A stretch of DNA of 64,000 bases from a virus: positions 1 to 64,000 of the IMG/VR virus record IMGVR_UViG_3300037484_000104; one strand, written 5' to 3'. The notes below the pieces were generated by a model, which ran no database searches, was not told the DNA's origin, and saw only the letters and a program-made list of their open reading frames with translations. Positions 39,952 through 48,513 of the stretch are shown one piece after another. Both the position numbers and the translations under genes were made by a program. Position 1 is the first letter of the stretch; each line of letters begins with the position of its first letter.

Positions 39952-40704
39952 TTACCAATTTATTATTGATTTGTTTTGACTCTCTAATATTTGATTAGTC
40001 TTAGAGAAATGTTTACATCCAAAGAATCCTGTATAAGCACTGAATGGACTTGGATGTGCTGCTTCCAATATGTAGTGTTTAGATTGATCTATTAATCTTT
40101 TACACTTTTGAGCATGTTTACCCCATAGTATAAATACTATTCCTGATTCACTAAATTGCGATATTCTTTGTATAGTAACATCAGTTAGTATATTCCATCC
40201 TATATCTAAATGAGAATTAGGTTGTCCTTCTCTTACTGTAAGACTAGTGTTAAGTAGTAATACTCCTTGTTCAGCCCATCTAGTTAAATCACCATGTTCT
40301 GGTATAGGTGTGGCTAAATCACTATCTAATTCCTTAAATATGTTCTGTAATGATGGAGGTATTTTACAACCTTCCTGTACACTAAATGCTAAACCATGTG
40401 CTTGATTAGGACCATGATATGGATCCTGACCTATTATAACAACTTTTATCTTTTCAAATGGAGTTGTATTATAAGCATTAAATATATCTGTAAAATAAGG
40501 ATATATCTGCTTACATGGAGTAGTTCTAGTATCATATTTAGGATTATGAGGTAGTAAGTTAGATAATTTGATATCTATAATTGGTTGCCAATTTAACTCT
40601 TCTTTTAATGCTTTCATTGTAGCACTAAAATAAGGAGACTCGAAGTAATCCTTTAATAAAGAGTACCACGAGTCTTCTATTTGTAATATATCAACTTTTT
40701 TCAT
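39952..40704 (-). CDS. ung: Uracil-DNA glycosylase (family 1)
   Basis: GQDPYH, AHGLAFS, GVLLLN and HPSPFS motifs. Confidence 0.97.
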   Translation of the reverse strand: MKKVDILQIEDSWYSLLKDYFESPYFSATMKALKEELNWQPIIDIKLSNLLPHNPKYDTRTTPCKQIYPYFTDIFNAYNTTPFEKIKVVIIGQDPYHGPNQAHGLAFSVQEGCKIPPSLQNIFKELDSDLATPIPEHGDLTRWAEQGVLLLNTSLTVREGQPNSHLDIGWNILTDVTIQRISQFSESGIVFILWGKHAQKCKRLIDQSKHYILEAAHPSPFSAYTGFFGCKHFSKTNQILESQNKSIINW

Positions 40705-40931
40705 GAGTTAGATATAATCAATTCAAGTTCCTTCTTTCTACTCCAGTAGTAATCAGAATTTATATAATCTTTTGATAATTCTAATTCTGATAATCGAATA
40801 GGAGCTTCACATGTTTGACAAATAGTTATATCAGTTGATTCTAACTTTGTCCAATCTTCACTTGTCATGTTCTTTGTAGATCTTATAAGCACATTACAAA
40901 GATCACATATTATTCCTGATAATTTTTTCAT
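40701..40931 (-). CDS. Small Zn-finger protein
   Basis: CDLC...CQTC. Confidence 0.55.
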   Translation of the reverse strand: MKKLSGIICDLCNVLIRSTKNMTSEDWTKLESTDITICQTCEAPIRLSELELSKDYINSDYYWSRKKELELIISNS

Positions 40932-41029
40932 TATCCAAAGTTTAAGTCATTATTGTCTCCAGTATTACCTGATAGTAGATAGTAAACTAGTGCTATCACT
41001 AATACTGACACTATAAATAATTCTGTCAT

Positions 41030-42034
41030 TTAAAAATCCTCCAATATAATTGGTGTATTAGTTGTATAACCTCTTTTTTTATCAAGAAGTTGAAATTGCA
41101 TCATAGGAACTTCTGGAGTAAATCCAAATGCCCTACTCATTTCGTTATATCCTATTACAGCTCCGTTGATACGAACTTTAGGACTAACAATGTATCTATG
41201 CCAATGACCTATCCAAGCCATATCGAAAGGCATTACAGCATTTTCACGATAAGACCATTTATTTAAACCTACTTCTATTCCACCTATTCCTCCTTGATAA
41301 TTAAAATGATTACCATGAGAGAATTTGTTTATCTTACCATAAATATTATAGTAGATATATGGAGATTCGGATATAATGAATTCTACGTTTGTAAACCCAG
41401 CATTCTTGAAATAGTCTGATAAATGTTGATATATAATTGCTTCAAATGAAGTATCGAATGTATTCTTAAAGTGATTCTTTTTAGTAGTTCTACTATGGTT
41501 ACCTATGGAACAAGGTATTACTATATTTACTAGATCACCCATTTCAGCGATAGTCTTAATACCTCTAGTCAGTAATTGCTCTACTAAAAGAGTGGCCCTT
41601 ACAGGAGTCATTGAATTTGTTTCAATTAATTCATCGTGAATCCATCCAGAGATGAAGTCACCTACTAAATGAAGAACTAGATTGTCGATCTTAATTCCTG
41701 CTCTACGTTGAAGTCTTATCATATAGATAAGTCTAGTGAAATATCTTTCTAACCGTAATTCAGCAATTTCTGGATTATAGGAATTAAGTTTATTAGTAAT
41801 ATTAGGATTAACTATCTCATCAATATGAACATCTCCTAATTGTGTAATTACTGTACACTCTTCTTTATAGGATCTATTAGCTTTGATTACATAGGAATCT
41901 AAATTAGTTAAATTCTCTATTTTAATAGATTCTATTACAGATCTAGCAGCTTTAAGTTCATCTACTTCCTTCTGTAATATTCCTATTTGTTTTGTCTGTT
42001 TTTTATCTACTAATAGTTTTTTTGATTTTGCCAT
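41030..42034 (-). CDS. Calcineurin-like metallophosphoesterase
   Basis: GDVH, VGD, GNH, SHG and GHWH metal-binding motifs. Confidence 0.85.
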   Translation of the reverse strand: MAKSKKLLVDKKQTKQIGILQKEVDELKAARSVIESIKIENLTNLDSYVIKANRSYKEECTVITQLGDVHIDEIVNPNITNKLNSYNPEIAELRLERYFTRLIYMIRLQRRAGIKIDNLVLHLVGDFISGWIHDELIETNSMTPVRATLLVEQLLTRGIKTIAEMGDLVNIVIPCSIGNHSRTTKKNHFKNTFDTSFEAIIYQHLSDYFKNAGFTNVEFIISESPYIYYNIYGKINKFSHGNHFNYQGGIGGIEVGLNKWSYRENAVMPFDMAWIGHWHRYIVSPKVRINGAVIGYNEMSRAFGFTPEVPMMQFQLLDKKRGYTTNTPIILEDF

Positions 42035-42050
42035 TTCCGATAGATTTTAA

Positions 42051-42260
42051 TTAAACACTCATTGTTGATTTAAGGATATTGTATATATTCTTAGATTGTT
42101 TTGTAATCGACTTTTTATCAACAACTTTTATTGTATAATGACCCCCTGCTCTTACTCCAGTATAAGGTATCTTTAAAGATTTTGTTGTAGCACTATCTGA
42201 AGCTAATTTAAGAGTCTGTTTGATTATAGATTGTAACTTTCTTTTTGATAAAGTTGTCAT
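42051..42260 (-). CDS. Small basic hypothetical protein
   Basis: 69 aa, translationally coupled to its neighbour. Confidence 0.5.
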   Translation of the reverse strand: MTTLSKRKLQSIIKQTLKLASDSATTKSLKIPYTGVRAGGHYTIKVVDKKSITKQSKNIYNILKSTMSV

Positions 42261-42475
42261 TTTCTTAAAGCTTTTTGTTTATCTTCCTCACTAGATGGGA
42301 AGAATTTCCAATCTCTTATGTTCCAACTATTAAATAATTTGTGAAGGAATCCTATTGATTTAAATCCTTGTTCGCTTGATTTAATGAACTTACGGATTTG
42401 TTTGTTAGCTGCTCGTTTATCTGAACGATGTGCTTTGTCTGTAAATACAGCAGTCTTTTTAGTGGAATTACTCAT
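42257..42475 (-). CDS. Small basic phage protein
   Basis: KRAANKQIR...SWNIRDWK, a recurrent phage family pattern. Confidence 0.6.
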   Translation of the reverse strand: MSNSTKKTAVFTDKAHRSDKRAANKQIRKFIKSSEQGFKSIGFLHKLFNSWNIRDWKFFPSSEEDKQKALRK

Positions 42476-42858
42476 TACGTTTCAATTAATTCTCGTTTAA
42501 CTCCTAGTTTTGCTAAAAATCTTACATGATTATTATAAGAACGTACGTATCTTAAATCTTTTGAAATAAATACCCATTCATGTATTCTTCTATGAGCTAC
42601 GGATATAATAGAACTATTTTCTTTGTAACCAAGTAGATTTTTTATTTCTTTTGCTGGAGTATCAAATATTTCAATTAACCAATATGTAATAAATTGTTTA
42701 CATATAACTGAATCATCTTTTTGAGAATCAATTATATCAGAAAGTTTTAATTTGTAATAATCTAATAAAAAAGCAATGATATCTTCTTTATTTAGATTGT
42801 CTATAGACAATAGTTTTACTTCCATTGTTTCTAGATCTATTCTTAAATCTAGTATCAT
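42475..42858 (-). CDS. DnaA domain IV-like helix-turn-helix protein
   Basis: CKQFITYWL.E.FD....EI..LLG..ENSSII....RRI aligns by eye with the DnaA C-terminal RQIAMYL..IG..F..DHTTV pattern. Confidence 0.5.
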   Translation of the reverse strand: MILDLRIDLETMEVKLLSIDNLNKEDIIAFLLDYYKLKLSDIIDSQKDDSVICKQFITYWLIEIFDTPAKEIKNLLGYKENSSIISVAHRRIHEWVFISKDLRYVRSYNNHVRFLAKLGVKRELIET

Positions 42859-42884
42859 GTTTTTGATATTTATGATAAATAAAA

Positions 42885-42970
42885 ATAGGATTACAATATA
42901 TTAAGACTTGACCACTCAAACAAAAAGTAATTACTTTAGTTAATTATGGCTTAATATACTATAATCCTAT
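42885..42970 (-). terminator. Long-stem (21 bp) hairpin with 44-nt interior and U-tract
   Basis: ATAGGATTATAGTATATTAAG/CTTAATATATTGTAATCCTAT followed by TTTT. Confidence 0.55.
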
Positions 42971-42977
42971 AAATGTT

Positions 42978-43436
42978 TTAATCGAGAGTTATTGTGATTT
43001 TTTGTAAGAGATCTTCAGATATTTCTATTTTGACCTTCTTTTCATTGTTAAATTTACTTAACTTATTAGACAAGTTATCTCTTTCTCTGTCTATATTCTT
43101 TATTTTTGTTGTATGATCAACATTGTATTTCTTGTCACTAATTTTTAAATCACCTAGAAAATTACGAAATATTGTAAGTTCAGATAATAACTTTATGTTA
43201 TCACTGTTACACCTATCTTCTCCCTTACCTTTCTTGAGATTAACTTCTTGAATAGAAGTATTTAGAGTTATAACTAATTCAGTTATCTCATCTCTGAGAA
43301 GCTCTAATTCTACAATCTTGGAATCTGTTGGATTTTTTTCATAAATTTCTTTTATTTCTGCATAAGTCTCGTTTCTAGTGTTTTCCAGCGCTTTCTTAAG
43401 CTGCACTGCTTTCACTAGACTAATTGTCTTTTTCAT
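42978..43436 (-). CDS. DIP1984/septicolysin-like helical protein
   Basis: SLVKAVQLKK, LNTSIQEVN and IDRERDNLSNKLSKFN..KVKI match the recalled family pattern. Confidence 0.5.
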   Translation of the reverse strand: MKKTISLVKAVQLKKALENTRNETYAEIKEIYEKNPTDSKIVELELLRDEITELVITLNTSIQEVNLKKGKGEDRCNSDNIKLLSELTIFRNFLGDLKISDKKYNVDHTTKIKNIDRERDNLSNKLSKFNNEKKVKIEISEDLLQKITITLD

Positions 43437-43482
43437 GGGATCGTTGAATAGCGGGCTTTATTAGGCCCTTATTTGAGATTTC

Positions 43483-44157
43483 TTATAGTAGTGATATAAA
43501 CGTATTAACTTCAGCTATAGTTATAATTGAGTCTTTGTTTAGATCAAATCTTCTGTTATGTTTGTATATTTCAGTACGATTTGAATGGCGAGTTTCAATA
43601 ATAGTTGAATCATGTTTTCCAATCATTGCAGGAACAAATGTAGCCATATATAGAGTAGACTCTTTTACATGTTTCTTTCCTTTCAATGCTTTCTTGTAGT
43701 ATAAATGTACAAAATCTAATTGTTCAGATGTTGACATATTATATAACTTTTCAGTAGTAGTTCCTAGACTAATTGCTGTACTAGGTATAAATTGTATTAG
43801 ACCTACTGCTCTTCCTTTACTGATTCTTAAGCTATCATCTTTAGGATCATTGGTCTGTCTATTAACAGCTTTAGTACTTCCTCCAGATTCTGCTCTTATT
43901 ATTTTATAAAGCCATTTGGTTTTTATTCCTAAATCATCTGCTATCTTTCTCACTTTTCTTCTATCAGACTTTGTAAACTTGTCTAACATTTTATAATGAG
44001 TAAGAATTGTAACATCAATAGAGTCTTTATTTATCTCTAATGGAGTTATTACAGATTCTTGGTTTAAGATCTGTTTCTGCACTTGAGGTATTGATAATTC
44101 AGGTGCAAATAGTGAATTAAACCAAAACATTAGGAATACGAATATGTATTGTTTCAT
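43483..44157 (-). CDS. Lytic transglycosylase (lysozyme-like fold) with N-terminal signal/anchor
   Basis: AESGG catalytic Glu, AVGLIQF, EQLDFV..YY, C-terminal DLNKDS EF-hand-like loop. Likely start MKQYIFVFLMFW at 44157; frame is open to 44283. Confidence 0.8.
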   Translation of the reverse strand: MKQYIFVFLMFWFNSLFAPELSIPQVQKQILNQESVITPLEINKDSIDVTILTHYKMLDKFTKSDRRKVRKIADDLGIKTKWLYKIIRAESGGSTKAVNRQTNDPKDDSLRISKGRAVGLIQFIPSTAISLGTTTEKLYNMSTSEQLDFVHLYYKKALKGKKHVKESTLYMATFVPAMIGKHDSTIIETRHSNRTEIYKHNRRFDLNKDSIITIAEVNTFISLL

Positions 44158-44415
44158 ATTAGTTGTTTTGGTTTGACATAGCTTTCTATTTCTAAAAAGC
44201 ATTAACGGTGTTATTATACGTAAGGCTTTAGATAAGGGTTTACGATAATCACTAGTTATATTTGCTTCTAAGCTTTGATGCATAGCTCACCTATATTTGA
44301 TATACAGGGTGATAGGACTACCTCGGAAAGGTCATAACTTTAGTCCCAACCCCAGATATTTGAGTATCTGAGGCCAATTTGTGATTAGTTTAAAGTCCAA
44401 GTTCCCCAACTTAGA

Positions 44416-44952
44416 CTAGGTATTTATTAGAGATATGAAGCGAAACCTGTCACTTCTATCCTGTTTACTTTCTAGGTTTAATCGCTTTATATAACTAAAA
44501 GCATCACCTAATCCATTTTTTAATGATACATTCGTAACTCGCAAATTACTTATGACTTCACCAATTGTTATTTTATTTGAATCACCCTTTGGTAATGCAA
44601 ACTGAGATCTTTCAACTAACAGCTCTACTTTTGAGCTAGTTCTGATTTTGGTAAATTCGAAGTATATATAATCAATGAGATTCTTACGAGACGATAATAT
44701 ATCTCGAAGGCAGTCATTATACACAACGAAATAATTTTGATTTCCATTTCTATAGTTGCTTAATCTCTTACTGAGTTCAGTAAAAGCTAGTTCAAAAATG
44801 TTTACTTTATTTCCATAGGAAATCCAGTACTTCTTGAACGTTATATTACCACTATTTGAGATAGTGATATATCTATATTCTGGAAATAATGTTTTTAGGA
44901 TAAGCAGTATTCGTTGCCTCCTAAGTTTAGTGATTTCTATTTTTGATTTCAT
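44416..44952 (-). CDS. Hypothetical protein
   Basis: 178 aa; LFPEY motif. Confidence 0.6.
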   Translation of the reverse strand: MKSKIEITKLRRQRILLILKTLFPEYRYITISNSGNITFKKYWISYGNKVNIFELAFTELSKRLSNYRNGNQNYFVVYNDCLRDILSSRKNLIDYIYFEFTKIRTSSKVELLVERSQFALPKGDSNKITIGEVISNLRVTNVSLKNGLGDAFSYIKRLNLESKQDRSDRFRFISLINT

Positions 44953-44992
44953 TTTAAGTATATGATTTATGAAATACTGTTGATCCAGTAAG

Positions 44993-45421
44993 TCAAGTTC
45001 GCCCCAACTTATTCACAGAGTGATATAAGTATAGGTTAAAATGAAGTCTATTTCTTATTCCCAACAATCCTAACGTCTTTGCTTTATCTGGATTAGAGAC
45101 AGATTCATATGTTGTTACAATAGAAGTATATACTTTACTTATTCCAAATATAGGAGTTAGTAAGTTACTACTATTTAAATTTGTTGAATGATTATTACTG
45201 CATATATCAGCAATACTATTCAAGTAATAATGGAGATTTGTTCCACTATTGATAAAAGAATAGTTTGTATCTAATACGTTTGTTGCTAGCACAACATTGT
45301 TACCAGTACAAGTAGCTAATACAGTAATATCATTCTTTTTTATTGTGTTTGTTGAGGTTGTTATATTTGATAGAAACATACCTAAGAACAAACTGATAAT
45401 AAGAACGATAAACTTTTTCAT
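44993..45421 (-). CDS. Secreted/membrane-anchored hypothetical protein
   Basis: MKKFIVLIISLFLGMFL signal-like N-terminus. Confidence 0.55.
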   Translation of the reverse strand: MKKFIVLIISLFLGMFLSNITTSTNTIKKNDITVLATCTGNNVVLATNVLDTNYSFINSGTNLHYYLNSIADICSNNHSTNLNSSNLLTPIFGISKVYTSIVTTYESVSNPDKAKTLGLLGIRNRLHFNLYLYHSVNKLGRT

Positions 45422-45425
45422 GATT

Positions 45426-45974
45426 TTAATTTATTAATTTTGTGAAGTTTAAGATGTTTTGATAATCTCGATTGAAACAGTATGATAATATGTCATACAA
45501 ATGATTTTGAAGTAATATGATAGTTAATATAAATACTATGGTAATTACTATTGTTCCTTGCCAATTCATAGAATTTCTAGAGTAGGAAAATAGATAGTAC
45601 ACGCCAGATATTAGCAATAATGCTATTAACAGACTTGTTATAAACCTAATTAACGTATCTGCTCTGGCTTTTTTAAATAATTCATCACCGGATATATTTA
45701 AGAATATACACACTTCTTCAATTCTTGTTGAGCTACTAGATAGAGCATCCTGCATAAGTAGGAGTCGTGAATCTCCTTGACTTACTAATTCTTGCATAAC
45801 TTCTGTAGCTTTTGTTATTAATGCATCATCCCCCTTTTGATATCTAGGCATATTTACATTAATTGATGTTTTTACTAATACAGAATCTCCTGTAGCAACT
45901 TTTTTATCAGTTGTATAAGAAGATAGAGTTATAGCAAATATTGCTGTTAATATAAGATAAAGTAATTTCTTCAT
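45426..45974 (-). CDS. Membrane protein
   Basis: Signal peptide plus two TM helices. Confidence 0.65.
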   Translation of the reverse strand: MKKLLYLILTAIFAITLSSYTTDKKVATGDSVLVKTSINVNMPRYQKGDDALITKATEVMQELVSQGDSRLLLMQDALSSSSTRIEEVCIFLNISGDELFKKARADTLIRFITSLLIALLLISGVYYLFSYSRNSMNWQGTIVITIVFILTIILLQNHLYDILSYCFNRDYQNILNFTKLIN

Positions 45975-46001
45975 AATAATTTATTTGATTAGATTGATAA
46001 T

Positions 46002-46045
46002 AAAGAAAAGAATTAGAGACTACTCAATTAAGAGTAATCCCTAAT
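46002..46045 (-). terminator. Intrinsic terminator
   Basis: ATTAGGGATTACTC/GAGTAGTCTCTAAT stem followed by TCTTTTCTTT. Confidence 0.6.
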
Positions 46046-46054
46046 AATTTGTGA

Positions 46055-46555
46055 TTAGAAGCGTTTATTTGCAATAAGTTCTTCCATATAGGTTTTTTGA
46101 GACCGGATATCCTGAAGAATTTCAGCTTGTTTCTCTTCTTCTTTCTTGATCTTCTTTAATTCGTTGATACACAAAGTTTCGTATTTTTCAATACAATCAT
46201 CCTTTGAAAAGAAGTACCAAGGTCCTTTGCTAAGGATACGAGATCTTTGTAATGGAAGATCAATTTCGTTGTTAATAGAAACGAATCCCCTTTTTTTAAA
46301 GGATTGACTATCAACTTCAATTGTACGAACCATAAATCCGTCAAATCGTGGAGCACCATTATTACGTTCATCGTCTTTGATTGAACGAACTGTTATTTCA
46401 AAAATTACTCCTTCGTTATTAGCAATATCATGAAGAAATTCACTACGAAGTCTTTTGAGTTCATTATCGGTTAATTCACGAGCATCGTTATCAAATAAAC
46501 TTTCTTTTGTTGATTCTTCTGAATCATTCTGATCGATCAATTGTACTTTGGCCAT
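46055..46555 (-). CDS. Hypothetical protein
   Basis: 166-aa ORF. Confidence 0.65.
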   Translation of the reverse strand: MAKVQLIDQNDSEESTKESLFDNDARELTDNELKRLRSEFLHDIANNEGVIFEITVRSIKDDERNNGAPRFDGFMVRTIEVDSQSFKKRGFVSINNEIDLPLQRSRILSKGPWYFFSKDDCIEKYETLCINELKKIKKEEEKQAEILQDIRSQKTYMEELIANKRF

Positions 46556-46562
46556 AATTTTG

Positions 46563-47000
46563 TTATTTAAAATTTAAAACGTTTTTGATTTTAGTGATAA
46601 TTGTTAATAAATTTGATTTTTTAGGTAGATTTGACTCTTCCCCAAGAGTAAATATTTTTTCGAACTTATTTAATTTTCCGATTAAAATTGGATCATCTAC
46701 TTCAATTAAACTTGAAGCAAACTCAATGTTTTCAATACTATTTTGATTTTTGTAATTGATATGTGTTTTGATCCATACATTCGCTAGAGGGGATGATGTA
46801 TTACCCCATTTACCTTTGTCACACATCGCTTTCGATGATGCGTAGTTTTTCTTATAAGGTTTAATAAAGATAACTTGTTGTTTTTTATCTCCATCTATTA
46901 CCTCATACACCAATTTGATACCTCCCATTTTGGTATCCTTTATTATTTTACTACCAGAAATTTCGGGAATATCTTGACTAATTATTCTATATTTTGACAT
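46563..47000 (-). CDS. Hypothetical protein
   Basis: 145-aa ORF. Confidence 0.6.
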   Translation of the reverse strand: MSKYRIISQDIPEISGSKIIKDTKMGGIKLVYEVIDGDKKQQVIFIKPYKKNYASSKAMCDKGKWGNTSSPLANVWIKTHINYKNQNSIENIEFASSLIEVDDPILIGKLNKFEKIFTLGEESNLPKKSNLLTIITKIKNVLNFK

Positions 47001-47019
47001 ATTAATTAGATTAAAGATA

Positions 47020-48220
47020 AAAAAGTAAGCAGTCCTTTAACAGCAGAAGCCAATTATTGGTCGTTTCTGAGAATTCTGTAACTATTGCTAATTTTGTAAT
47101 TCTACTGCTTATTTGTAATATACGAATGAGCTGTCTATTTTTATATAGACTTACTAGTTTATTGTTTACGATATTTAAATCGTTATAAATACACTATATC
47201 CTTATGGTTTTCTAAACCTATCACTTATGAGATGATTAAGTCAAGTGTTACGGTATTATTAGCCATATCCGTAGGCCACTTATCTTCTAACTATATGTCT
47301 CCATATTTCACTATGAAGCTGATTAATTCATGTACAACCTTACAGTTGTGTTGCAACTAATCAATAATTATTGATAAATACAAGAAAGTAAATTTGTTAT
47401 TTTTGGTAATATTGTTTGGGAAGGTATTTCTGTAACTCAGAATGAATTACATGGAGATAATGTCTCATATACATTGGATTGTATAGGACGTAAATATCGA
47501 CCTTAATTTACACATTTCATTGTATATTGAATTCTATACAACTTCCTTTCAACCTGTCGTAATTGGAATATTCGTACAGTATGTGACTCCAGTTCATTTT
47601 CTTAAGTACTGGTAACAATCAGGTGTTTATACCCATTTCCCAGGGACACCACAAACTGAATTATCTTTTAATACACCAGTGATTTGACACTGAATCTGAG
47701 ACCACCTATTTACGATAGGCTCCACGTTCTACGTAGATGTATACTAAAATTACTTCTATAAAATAACCGACTTCTTCTACCGCATTTGTTTGTCAAAGGG
47801 TTTTACTCTAAAGAACACCTACATTTTATGTTAATTTGTCTTCGTTAGCCTTTACACAACCATCTGTTGGGAATCTCACCCTATCGCTAATCATAATGTT
47901 ATACAAGAGGTATTATAAACAAATAGTATTAGTATTTGAATTATGTACTAGAAGGAGTTTATCATAGAAATATGAATAACTTCTATAATAAACTCGTTAA
48001 TGTAAGATAGTCAAACTGTGAACGAATCACTTTTCTCATTACTGATAGTTTGAACTGAAGTACACTATCTTCTAATAATAGGTCTTTATAATACGAAGGA
48101 TCTGCTACAATCCTGACGACTTTAGAGTAATAACTTAGCGCTATGAGTTACCTCGTAGTTATTATTGTTCTCTAGTGAGTTTAATTGTAAGTTGTGTTGT
48201 GTACATTTAAGGATGTACGT
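47020..48220 (-). ncRNA. Candidate large structured ncRNA (or ncRNA cluster), ~1.2 kb
   Basis: No ORF of 60 aa or more; dense hairpins with GNRA and T-loop-like loops on the minus strand. Confidence 0.55.
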
Positions 48221-48226
48221 TCTCCT

Positions 48227-48513
48227 TTAGTTTTTATAACCTGGAATTTTTGACATAAATTTATACTTATCCAATAGTTCTCTGGCTTCTTTTCTTGACA
48301 ATCGTTGTTTAGACTCTTTATTTCTAAATCTATTACAAACCTTGTCAATATTTTTTGATGTATAATTTCTATTTGTTATCATATTTCCTCCCAAGCTTCA
48401 AATTTCAATGTTCTTAGTTGACGTATAGTGAACATACTAATCAATATTGATGTAACCGTAGTTCCCTGTGCTTTGTAGATTTTTCCATTAAATTGGAAAA
48501 GAAAGATTCTCAT
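48227..48513 (-). CDS. Two coupled microproteins (MRIFLFQFNGK... and MITNRNYTSK...), not in the ORF track
   Basis: Consecutive short ORFs joined by an ATGA overlap, continuing the operon. Confidence 0.45.

Noticed and set aside
47020-48220. CRISPR array, or group I/II intron, as an explanation for the long gap
   Set aside because: No regularly spaced direct repeats, no matching R/S pair or domain V, and no interrupted flanking gene.
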